Shown here piece after piece: positions 9,681-19,300 of a stretch of 64,000 nt of DNA (position 1 is the first letter of the stretch; every line of letters begins with the position of its first letter). The translations under genes and the position numbers were made by a program. This DNA comes from a bacterium (lineage in GTDB: Bacteria > Patescibacteriota > Gracilibacteria > UBA1369 > PNNO01): positions 12,902-76,901 of the forward strand of contig PNNO01000003.1 of NCBI GenBank assembly GCA_013824265.1. Direction: 5' to 3'. The notes beneath the pieces are model-generated. The model was not told where the DNA came from, did no database searches, and saw only the letters and a list, made by a program, of their open reading frames with translations.

Positions 9681-11113
9681 TGGATATAAAGGATCTTACA
9701 ATAGACAAAGTGCATGATGGTTTGGTCGGGAAAAAATTTTCCTGTCTTGAACTGACAAATTCTTTTTTGGAAAAAGCAAAAAATGAGAATGAGAAGTTAA
9801 ACATATACATAACGATTACAGATAAAGAAGCTCTCAAGCAGGCCAAAATTGTTGATGATAAAATTTCCACAGGAGAAGAAATAAGTGTTTTGGATGGCGT
9901 TCCCTGTGCGATAAAGGATTTAATAAATACAAAAGGAGTGCTTAGTACAAGCGCATCAAAAATACTTTCAAATTTTGTGCCTCCGTATGACGCGACTGTT
10001 GTTAAAAAACTTAGAGATTTGGGCATGGTTATGATTGGGAAGACCAATCTTGATGAGTTTGCGTGTGGTGGTTCTACCGAATACAGCTACTTTGGTCCGA
10101 CAAGAAATCCATACAATCCCGACTATACGGCCGGTGGATCTTCGGGCGGATCAGCTGCTGCAGTAGCCGCGGGAACTTGTTTGTATTCACTTGGAACCGA
10201 TACGGGAGGGTCCATAAGAGAGCCTGCTTCTTTTTGTGGTGTTGCCGGTTTAAAAGTTACATACGGAAGAGTTTCAAGAAGTGGTATTACCGCATTGGCA
10301 TCATCTTTGGATACGGTTGGCCCTTTTGCAAAAAATGTTCGTGATATAGCACATATTATGAATGCAATTGCCGGAAGGGATGTAAATGACTCAACAACTC
10401 CCGATGTTAGTGTGCCAAATTATGTTAAAAACCTTGATAACGATATAAAAAATCTAAAAATCGGTGTTCCAAAAGAATATTTTGATGAAGGAATTGATTC
10501 TGAAGTTAAGGCAAGTGTTGAAGCTGCAATTAAAAAGTTAGAGGGGCAGGGTGCTCGTATAGAAACGGTTTCTTTGCCTATGACAAAGTATGCGATTGCG
10601 GTTTACTACATAGTTATGCCCGCTGAGCTTTCCGCAAATCTTGCACGGTACGACTCTATAAGATTCGGATTAAAGCCGGAAAACGCAGGTGAATCTTTGG
10701 AGGATTATTATTTTAATTCACGCGGAGAAGGTTTTGGAGACGAGATCAAAAGAAGAATAATGATTGGTACATACGTTCTTTCGGCCGGGTACTACGATGC
10801 TTATTATAAAAAAGCTCAAAAGGTAAGAACAAAAATTATTGAAGAATTTAACAATGTGTTTAAAAAAGTTGATGTTTTAATAGGGCCTACCGTTCCGGGT
10901 CCCGCATTTAAGCTTGGAGAAAAATTAAATGATCCTCTTCAGATGTATCTGGTTGATTCATTAACTGTTCCAATGAACATAGCCGGGGTGCCGGCATTGA
11001 ATGTCCCATGCGGAATGACTTCATCCGGACTTCCTATTGGTATGCAGATAATAGGGCCTCAATTCAGCGAGGATAAACTTTTGAATATAGGAAATATATA
11101 CGAGAAATTATAA
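9680..11113 (+). CDS. gatA: Asp/Glu-tRNA amidotransferase subunit A (amidase family).
   Basis: Amidase signature GGSSGGSAAAVAAG ... GTDTGGSIREPASFCGV. 477 aa. Follows gatC. Confidence 0.92.
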   Translation: MDIKDLTIDKVHDGLVGKKFSCLELTNSFLEKAKNENEKLNIYITITDKEALKQAKIVDDKISTGEEISVLDGVPCAIKDLINTKGVLSTSASKILSNFVPPYDATVVKKLRDLGMVMIGKTNLDEFACGGSTEYSYFGPTRNPYNPDYTAGGSSGGSAAAVAAGTCLYSLGTDTGGSIREPASFCGVAGLKVTYGRVSRSGITALASSLDTVGPFAKNVRDIAHIMNAIAGRDVNDSTTPDVSVPNYVKNLDNDIKNLKIGVPKEYFDEGIDSEVKASVEAAIKKLEGQGARIETVSLPMTKYAIAVYYIVMPAELSANLARYDSIRFGLKPENAGESLEDYYFNSRGEGFGDEIKRRIMIGTYVLSAGYYDAYYKKAQKVRTKIIEEFNNVFKKVDVLIGPTVPGPAFKLGEKLNDPLQMYLVDSLTVPMNIAGVPALNVPCGMTSSGLPIGMQIIGPQFSEDKLLNIGNIYEKL

Positions 11114-11132
11114 TTTCCGCCCTTTGTGGGAA

Positions 11133-12122
11133 TTATTTCTGGCAGACTTCCAAAACAAACTTTTCCAAAGCCAAAAGTATTTCTTTTTTGTCATCAGCCG
11201 ACATGCGAATTTTGCCTGTCTTTATACCTATATCGATTTGTAGCAGTTCGTCGTATATATTACGAAGTGTCTCAAAAGAAAAATTGGGACTTTGCTGTAT
11301 TGCAGTTGATATCGTATAAGGATGTTCTTTTATCTTCCCGATAATATCATTTTTTGAATTCCCTCGGTCTATTAGGTCTTTAACCTGAATAAGAATTCTA
11401 AAGTGTCTTACGATCATAAAGATTATTTTCATCATGTCCTCGCCGCTTTCAATAAGTATGTCGAGGGTTTTTAACGAACCCTTGGCATTTCGGTGAGCCA
11501 AATAATCTGTAAATTTGAATATCGAAGTTGTTAAATTAGGATGAACAAGATTTTCTATGTCGTCTTTTGTGATTTGCTTTCCGCTGCTGTAAGTTTTTAG
11601 TTTTTCAAGTTCATTGCTAAGATTCCACAGATCGGATCCGGCTTGTTCTCCAATGTAACTTGCAATTTGAGAGTCTATGTTAAGTCCTATTTCTTGAGCT
11701 CTCTTTTGTATCCATCTTATAAGGTCCGGGCCCATAAGTTCCTTAAATTCCTCCGGATGTCCTACTTTGTTTATTTTTTTGTAGAGCGAAGATCTTTTGT
11801 CGGGGGATTCATATTCAATAAAAACAATAATGCAAAAATCCGGAATTTCCTCTTCCAGAATTTCCGTTATTTTCTTTTGTTCTTCTTTGTTTCCTTTGCT
11901 CAGAAAATCTTTAACTATAACCAGTCTTTTGTCAGCCAAAAAGGGAGCTGACTGTATATTGCTTTGAAAATCATTTGCAAGTAACGGCTTTCCTTCAAGA
12001 ATTTCAATATTCATATCTCCGCCATGTTTTTCTTCAAACGCATTGCGCCAAAAAGTCATTTTTTTATGCGCAGAATATGTGTCTTCTCCGAAAAATAAGT
12101 AAACGTTCTTCTTTGTCGCCAT
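11133..12122 (-). CDS. holA: DNA polymerase III delta subunit.
   Basis: 329 aa. The N-terminal VYLFFGEDTYSAHKK pattern and overall length are typical of HolA. Confidence 0.72.
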   Translation of the reverse strand: MATKKNVYLFFGEDTYSAHKKMTFWRNAFEEKHGGDMNIEILEGKPLLANDFQSNIQSAPFLADKRLVIVKDFLSKGNKEEQKKITEILEEEIPDFCIIVFIEYESPDKRSSLYKKINKVGHPEEFKELMGPDLIRWIQKRAQEIGLNIDSQIASYIGEQAGSDLWNLSNELEKLKTYSSGKQITKDDIENLVHPNLTTSIFKFTDYLAHRNAKGSLKTLDILIESGEDMMKIIFMIVRHFRILIQVKDLIDRGNSKNDIIGKIKEHPYTISTAIQQSPNFSFETLRNIYDELLQIDIGIKTGKIRMSADDKKEILLALEKFVLEVCQK

Positions 12123-12157
12123 GCTTTTGATTAAACCTATGGTAGGGGACGTAATTA

Positions 12158-12196
12158 TAAATAAAAAGAGCCCTCATATCAATGTATGAGAGCTCT
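12158..12196 (-). terminator. Rho-independent terminator closing the 21.9-12.2 kb three-gene unit.
   Basis: On the minus strand: a 12-bp stem (12167-12178 / 12185-12196, one mismatch), 6-nt loop, then TTTTATTTA. It lies 20 nt after the stop of the 1190 aa gene. Confidence 0.55.
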
Positions 12197-12215
12197 TCCA
12201 TAAATCTTGTTTTTC

Positions 12216-15200
12216 TTAGAACGACTTTTGGCTTACATCAACCAATTTGTTTAGAAGAGGAGGAGTATTCAAATATACTCTGTTGTCGAATCTTATAAGG
12301 ATTGCACCTTCTTCCTTTGTAGGATCGCCGGATTTCACTCTGTATTTTAACAGATGTTGGATATCTCCGTAGATTGATCCATAGTGAGTAAGTCTGCTTT
12401 CGCTGTTGTAATCAACCAAAGATGTATCATCTTTACAGAAGTCTGATGGAGTTACACTTCCTGTCTTTGGAGCTTCACAAATCTGTCCGCCTTTTCCTCC
12501 CTCACCTTCCTGTACAAAGAATACTGCGTTGGTTTCTTCAACACTAGGATCGATAACGATATTTCCTCCTATAACGATAACTGCCAAAGAAGGAACTTTT
12601 CGCGGATCATTTAGATTCTCAGGATCTTTGAAGGTCAAATCATTGTTGATATAAACGTCATTGTTTATAACAACAATTGTTCTTGCTTTATCTGCAAATT
12701 CTCCTCCAAGAGTAAGCATTCCTCCTTTGTCTTTAATATAAACATCATTACTACTGCTTAAGTTGTCCAATGTAGAGCTTCCATTAACAATGGATATATC
12801 GTTCAAATTCTTTGAATATCTTGCGAATAGCTGAACATTTCTTGAAAGACTCTGGACGATGGCTTGCTGTGTAAGTTCTTTAGAAGTTAATTCAAGCTCA
12901 CAAATCAAACTTGATATGCCTTTTATATCAACGCTTCCTTCAGCCGTGCTGTTACATAGGCGGTCATCGTATTTTCTTAATACTGCTACGTCTCCACCTG
13001 TCTTAAAAAGGTTCATGTCATCCGGTGGGATTCCAACGATCACAGGCGTGTCAACGTTTCTTATTTCGGAACAAGAAAGCGTATCTACTCCGTAATCAAA
13101 CGGATTTTCAAAGAAGGTCTCTCCTCCTGATCTTATTATTATAAATGGACATGGAATTATAACTTCCGCATCTGCGCTTCCATTAAAGTTTGCTTCGTCT
13201 TCAAATTCGGCAGTGTTTGGATAAATTTCTCCGCAGACTCCTGTTTCATTTAGAGCACTATCAGGGTCGCTGCAGTTTTCCGGATTAACGCTTGAGTCTT
13301 TTATCTCTCCACGGTATTCAACTAATACTTCATCACGTGAAGGGACATTTTTAATTTCAACTCCATCTTCATCGCCTATGTTTCTTTCGTAACAAACTGC
13401 GTCTTCAAGATCTTCTTCATCTATATCGTCACAGTTCTCAATAGGATCTCCGTCTACAAGAACTCTCATGGAGTCTTCATTGTAATAGATTCTTCCTCCT
13501 TCAGGAGTGTCTGAATCTATTCCCGTCTGAGTGCCCGCAATGTAACCTTGAATGTATCCTTCCGTACCTATTGTATCGGTAATTGTTACATCCTGATCTC
13601 CATCATTGTAGTGAGTGTATGTAATTCTGTAATTAACATAATCGTCGCTAAAGTTTGCGATTGTTCTTGAAGAGTAAGCTAAAGCATCTGCGCTTTTTGC
13701 GTTCTTGTCGAACGAAGGAGGTTCAACGTTTCTTGTAAGTTCATGATTACATTCGTCTTCCCATCCCGGAACCCATACTCTTACTATGTCGGCATCTTCA
13801 ACCATATCTTCGGTTAGAATGAAGCAAATTTCTCCGCTGTCTTCGTAAAGATCAACAGTTTCGGGTGATCCATTGTTTACGGAATATTCAAGTTCGTCGT
13901 TTTCATCGAGCGGCCAATCTGTATAGTCGATACATACTTCTTGGCTTGTTCCTCTTTCAAAAGTGTCGCGATCAAGTTCAAATCGGGTACATTCTTTTTC
14001 TTCACTTGTAAGCTCATCAATACAATCATCACCTTCATACTCGATTACGATTGCCTCTGCAATTAAAGTGTCTCCAGGTTCATAATCAAATGAAGGATAA
14101 TTATCAAAATTCAAACATTCGGAACCTTGTGTATCCTTATCGAATACAATCTCTCCGTCTCTTTCAACCATCCATTTTATGTTGTCGTTGTAAGCTGCCT
14201 CGGCTTCTGCTTCAACATCAACCGTTACGCAGTATTCTTCCTGTTCGGTTAAATCAAAAGTTTCATATCTTGGAAGGAAAGAAAGATCCAAACAAGTCCC
14301 TTCGATTTCTTCCGCTCTTGTACGGAAAACGTCACTACATTTTGATTCCGGAGAGCCAACTACCTTAATTATCATGGTCCCTTCAGAACTCGCAACAACG
14401 CTCATATTATTGTTTGCCGGAGCTGTAGCACATCTTCCATCTGTACTTAGAACATAATTTATTCTGGAATCCGGAAGGAAATCAATATCGTTATTTGTGT
14501 AGCAGTAGCTTATTAAAGGAGTTTCTCCGTTATCCGTATAAGGATCTCCGTTTGTGTCCAAAAGCTCATCAATCCTTATTCTTACGAATTTGTTTAATGG
14601 TACCGGACTTTCTTGTCCGTTAGGATCCCAATTTGGAGTTGTATTAAGAACTTCACAGGTGTTTTCTTCTTCCTGTCCAAGTTTTACATTAAAGGTGTCC
14701 ATACAGCTTGAAATTCCGTTCCCGTTTTGATCAAGTGCCAAAACCCGAACCGTGTTAGTTGGTTTTGATGTGGTTGGTCCTCCATTCATTTTTACTGAAG
14801 TGTCGTTAGTTTTTATGTCTATCCCTTCAGGTGCGTTATTAGCTTTAAAAGTAATTGTCTCCTTTGTAGAAGAAATTCTGTAGCCGTGAATAACACCTGG
14901 GTCGGCATCAGCCGTGAATGATAAATTTTCATTAACAAATCCGTTCTCATCAAGAGTGATAGATGTTTCTGTCGGATCCGTAATTGTTAGCGATCGACAA
15001 ACACCTGGAACGTCTGCAGGTACTGCCTCAAACTCAAGGTACACCAATACATAATGAAGTTCCGAAGAATCTATTCTTCCGCTTGTATTGCCATTATTGC
15101 TTTTTATGTAAATTCCGTTTGTTGTAATACTCTGAAGCTGTCCTTCATTAAACTGCCATGTACCGTCTTCTCTGTCTATATATGCTTCAACCGGAGTTAA

Positions 15201-15788
15201 CGTGAAAGGGACATTTCCGGAAAGACTTACATTTGACCAAACTGTTTTTGGTTTTGTGTTCTCTGCCCATAGAGTATATTGCGGTGTGTATGAAGTTTTT
15301 GGAGTAGAACTGCTCCATCCGGTTAATTTTATTTGAGATCCTGTTGCAGGATATTGATTTGCTGTACCGTTATTGTGAATGTATCCCCAGAACCCGATTC
15401 TTACAGGCTCGTCATTTGTAAAGTTAATTGTGTGACTTGTTCCGTTATCAAAATTGTAATTTGACCAAGATTCCCACGGAGTTGGTAAGGGCAAATCATT
15501 TGAAGATTCTGCAAGTTGAGACTCAATATACATAAATTGCATTTCTTTGTAAGATCTGCCGGTTTTTGTCGCATCTCGATAATTATTAAATGATGCAAAA
15601 TTTAAACCGTATGGGTATTCCTGGTGTGTAATACCTTCGTTATGCCATCTTCGGCAATCTTCGCCATCACAATTATTTGATTCGGAAGACGCATCCCATG
15701 CCGCAAATGAAATCGCGGAAGATAACATGAAAACGAGAGCCATAACCGAGATAATAATCGATTTGTTCGTTTTTGTATTTATTTTCAT
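12216..15788 (-). CDS. Large secreted, very acidic, Cys-rich surface or adhesin-like protein of unknown function.
   Basis: 1190 aa. N-terminal signal-like sequence KSIIISVMALVFMLSSAISFAAW. Many Cys throughout and D/E-rich runs (DDIDEEDLEDAVC). Segment VNYRITYTHYNDGDQDVTITDTIG resembles a DUF11-type repeat. C-terminal VVINNDVYINNDL...AVIVIGGNIVID is beta-helix-like. Confidence 0.8.
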   Translation of the reverse strand: MKINTKTNKSIIISVMALVFMLSSAISFAAWDASSESNNCDGEDCRRWHNEGITHQEYPYGLNFASFNNYRDATKTGRSYKEMQFMYIESQLAESSNDLPLPTPWESWSNYNFDNGTSHTINFTNDEPVRIGFWGYIHNNGTANQYPATGSQIKLTGWSSSTPKTSYTPQYTLWAENTKPKTVWSNVSLSGNVPFTLTPVEAYIDREDGTWQFNEGQLQSITTNGIYIKSNNGNTSGRIDSSELHYVLVYLEFEAVPADVPGVCRSLTITDPTETSITLDENGFVNENLSFTADADPGVIHGYRISSTKETITFKANNAPEGIDIKTNDTSVKMNGGPTTSKPTNTVRVLALDQNGNGISSCMDTFNVKLGQEEENTCEVLNTTPNWDPNGQESPVPLNKFVRIRIDELLDTNGDPYTDNGETPLISYCYTNNDIDFLPDSRINYVLSTDGRCATAPANNNMSVVASSEGTMIIKVVGSPESKCSDVFRTRAEEIEGTCLDLSFLPRYETFDLTEQEEYCVTVDVEAEAEAAYNDNIKWMVERDGEIVFDKDTQGSECLNFDNYPSFDYEPGDTLIAEAIVIEYEGDDCIDELTSEEKECTRFELDRDTFERGTSQEVCIDYTDWPLDENDELEYSVNNGSPETVDLYEDSGEICFILTEDMVEDADIVRVWVPGWEDECNHELTRNVEPPSFDKNAKSADALAYSSRTIANFSDDYVNYRITYTHYNDGDQDVTITDTIGTEGYIQGYIAGTQTGIDSDTPEGGRIYYNEDSMRVLVDGDPIENCDDIDEEDLEDAVCYERNIGDEDGVEIKNVPSRDEVLVEYRGEIKDSSVNPENCSDPDSALNETGVCGEIYPNTAEFEDEANFNGSADAEVIIPCPFIIIRSGGETFFENPFDYGVDTLSCSEIRNVDTPVIVGIPPDDMNLFKTGGDVAVLRKYDDRLCNSTAEGSVDIKGISSLICELELTSKELTQQAIVQSLSRNVQLFARYSKNLNDISIVNGSSTLDNLSSSNDVYIKDKGGMLTLGGEFADKARTIVVINNDVYINNDLTFKDPENLNDPRKVPSLAVIVIGGNIVIDPSVEETNAVFFVQEGEGGKGGQICEAPKTGSVTPSDFCKDDTSLVDYNSESRLTHYGSIYGDIQHLLKYRVKSGDPTKEEGAILIRFDNRVYLNTPPLLNKLVDVSQKSF

Positions 15789-15818
15789 TTTTATTTTGTT
15801 AAGTTTTGAAATTAAATA

Positions 15819-16355
15819 TTATAAAGAATTAAATTCTCCTGTTTCTCCTTGTGACTCTCTGTTTTCCTCTCTGTCAGGAGCCATTCCAACTTCTACGGAT
15901 GTGCTTTCGTATTTTACTTCCATAACACCTTTTGAATTGCTTAATGTTGATAACTCTTCGTCTAGTTCAAAATTAACCTGTCCGGGTTTAACGCTTTCAA
16001 AAGTTAAAGTTGCAATTACTTCATTGTTTGAAGAAAAATATGTATCTCCGAGTTCAAATACGTATTCATTATCAAGTTTACGTAAAGTAACACCTTCTGA
16101 AGTTTCTGTGTTTTTTACTTTTAATACGTCTTCAGAAAACTTAACTCCGATTTCTCCAGATGAAGCATCTTTTTTATTAAGAAGTTTTACTTCCAATATC
16201 GGATTATCAACTGTGAAGTATGCAGGTTGATCGGATTCAACTTTGTAAGTTGCATTTTGTGATTGGAAATAAAACCAACCAGCTGCTAAAACAACTATTG
16301 CAAGTATTGCAATTCCGACAAATGTGTAAGCTGTTTTATTTGATTTCTTGTTCAT
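15819..16355 (-). CDS. N-terminally membrane-anchored beta-rich protein (possibly cohesin/Ig-like fold), unknown function.
   Basis: 178 aa. TM YTFVGIAILAIVVLAAGWFYF, then alternating beta-like sequence (VIATLTFESVKPGQVNFEL). Sits co-directionally between the two giant genes with ~30 nt gaps. Confidence 0.65.
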   Translation of the reverse strand: MNKKSNKTAYTFVGIAILAIVVLAAGWFYFQSQNATYKVESDQPAYFTVDNPILEVKLLNKKDASSGEIGVKFSEDVLKVKNTETSEGVTLRKLDNEYVFELGDTYFSSNNEVIATLTFESVKPGQVNFELDEELSTLSNSKGVMEVKYESTSVEVGMAPDREENRESQGETGEFNSL

Positions 16356-16388
16356 GGGGTATAAATGTTATGAATATTAATTTATAGA

Positions 16389-19300
16389 TTAGATTGAATT
16401 ATCTGGTCCTTCCGAAACCGGTGGTGTAGAATTCTGTGATTCTTGTCCGGTTGTTCCCTGGGTATGCCTGTTGAGAACTTCTCCTTTTATAGGTTTGTGT
16501 CTGTCGGGAACTTCTTCTTTCTTTCTTCTGCCTCTAAATACTCCAAGTGCAAGTGTTATATCTAGATCTGTTTTGGCCCCTTTCGAATTGACCAATATAT
16601 TCGCCTCTTCTTTTGCTGAAGACCAATCTACGTTTTCTTCTTTTCCGGCAATCAATTTTATTCCTATTTTTTGTCTGGTTGCGATTGTTCCGTTTCCGCA
16701 CTTTAGATAAGCTCCCGAATAGACTTCGGTTTCATCAAGGGTGAATTCGTATTTCTTGTTGTATATATAGCTTGGCTTGCCTTCCAATTGAGCGTTTCTT
16801 ATGCCTGTTACAAGCTCTTTAAAGTCCTTGAAAGCTTTTTCGTTTTCAGGCTTTGATAAAGTCAATTCCAATGCTTCTCCGCCTCTTTTCAAGGCAGCAT
16901 AAATTTCCGTCATGCCTTTATAGTTTTCTTTTCCAAGTATTTCTATAAGCGGTGAAATCATTTTGCCATCATATTTAACGAACATTGAGATTAGAAGCAA
17001 TGACAGTTCAGATTCAAGGAACTTTTTCTTTCCTTCAATTGAATCAAGATTTTTTGTTTCAAGAGGGGACATTGTCTCAAATATAATTCTCGCAGCCGCT
17101 CTTTCAACCGGACTGGCTGAATCCAATCTTAGTCTTTTTGGTCCTACCATTTTGAATATATCTTTGAAATCTTCTGGGACTTCCGTTCCGTAGGATGCTG
17201 CCAAAGTATCTTTACCATTCTTTTTAGTGTAAGACGCAAATTTCAAACCTCTGCCAACCGCCACCCCGTTTTCTGGTTTTGAAAACTCGTCAAGTTGTTC
17301 CTTGTTTTGCGGCATTGTTAACATCAAATAATTGGCAATTGAATCCGGCGTTGCGGATGGATATGTTTTTACAATTTCAGCCCATTGTGCCGGATTGTTT
17401 TTTGCGTAATCGCTTATGTAATTTTTTATGTATGCTCTGAATAATTCATTTCTTCTTTCCAGCCTTTGATTTATTACGTTCTTGTTCTTGTCTCTTAACT
17501 CTATGAAAACCTCATTAAGCATGTAGTTGTAAATAAGGTTTAATTCTTGGTCATTCAAAGAAGGATCTATTGTTTTTAGATTTCTGAATACTTCAACCTT
17601 TAGCGCCGCTTCTTTTGCAGGAGTGTTTGCCTCCGCTATCTTTCTTTCAAACGATTCGTTCTTACTTAGATAGCTTTTGCTTGTTTGCTTAACCAAATCG
17701 GACCTTATAGGAGCCGCCTCTTTCGGTTTTAAGGTTTCCCACATTTTGCTTGTAAGATCAGTTGACTCATTAAGGTTGTATTCGAATTTTTTATCCTTGA
17801 AGTTTTCAAAAGTGTTACCCCTCGTGTTGTATTCTTCAATTGTAAGGGTGTTTGATTCAGCCTCCGAAAGTCCGGTTCTTGCTTCTCCTTTTACAACCAT
17901 ATATCTGCTTCCCATCGGTTTATATATGATTTGAGCTGAATCTTCTCTTATTTGTTCGTCTGTTCTGTCAGGATTATTCTTGAAAGTTATTACTTCAAGA
18001 TTCATTGCTCCTTTTTCGGCAAAAGGGTACCTATATTCAGATCTTGTAAAGAAAAGTTTCTTTGCTTCGCTTGCTGCAAGCAAAATCCTGTTGTTTTTAT
18101 GATCGAGAATTATGCCTTTCTTTTGCATTTCCGGATCCATAAGCACTTGGACATTGCTTCCGTCTGTGTTTAACGGAGTTATCGCAAGTAAAGTGTTGTT
18201 TGAATTTGAAGGGTCTGGCACTATTTCAACATGCATATCCATCTTGTTGAATTTGCTTTTTACGGCTTCAAAAGTTCCTTTTATGTTGCCTTCTTGTCTT
18301 TTTACCAATTCTCCGATTCCTGCAACTTCAACGTTTGCGCCTCCTCTTTCACTGTCGAAAAATAAATTTCCGCTTTGAGCTGTCATTGTGTATCCCGATA
18401 CAAAAGGTTCTGTGCCGGTTGCTTTTCTAAGTTTTCTTCTTAAAGATTCTTGCGCAATTTCCGTTTGCCAATATCCTGAATACTTTGGATGTTCGCTTCT
18501 TACAACAAATATTACTTCCGTACCCGGAATTTTTATTGTCACGTAAGGACCTATTCCTATACCTGCTTTGCTTATACCAATTCCAACTCCCGCTCCTTGA
18601 ACAAAAGGAATTTTTACTCCTTCCTTTGCTTTTTCAGCCCATTGATTCTTTGCAGCCTGATACATTTCAATTAACACGGAATTTGGAAATGTAGGATAAG
18701 TGTTCTTTATGAACTTCATGTAATCTCCAAACGTAGGGTTTTCCAAAATAAATTTTACGGCTTCATCGTAATTTCCGTTTTTAAGACTTTCTTCTATTTG
18801 CCCTAAGCCCTTTGAGCTTAATTCTTTGTTTTTCGCTTGTTTTTCAGCTCTTAATTGATCCCATTTAACACCTATTGATGCTCCAATACCAAAGTTTTCA
18901 AAATCGGTTACGCTTACTCCTGCTCCCGCGTTTGCAACCCAATCCCAGTTTCCTGCGAACTTATGTTCCATTGTTAAGGCTGCACCTGCAAAATCAGGGC
19001 TTGCTCCAATATTGTATTTTAATTTAAATCCTCCGAGTTTACCTATGTCTCCGCTTACTCCTGCAAATGCAGTTAGTGGTATTTTTTCACCGTTTTTAAC
19101 TCCGGCAAGTCCAAAATGGAGATACATTTTTTTACCTTTGAAGTTTCCTATAAGAACAGAAGCTCCCAACCCTCCTGCTGCAATTTTCATGCCTGGCGGA
19201 GTTTCTCCGTTTGCAAGCGCAAACAGCGTAATTGCTATCTTCTTTTCAAGATCTGCAAGTTTTTCCTCGGGTAAACCGTTTTTTAAAGCTTCTTCCTGTA

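Noticed and set aside
11126-11344. Plus-strand 72 aa ORF in or after the gatA-holA junction.
   Set aside because: It lies almost entirely antisense to the 3' end of holA and has no supporting features.
15727-16230. Plus-strand 167 aa ORF overlapping the 178 aa minus-strand gene.
   Set aside because: It is Ser-rich and low-complexity and opposes the operon direction. The minus-strand frame has a clean TM anchor and tight operon spacing.
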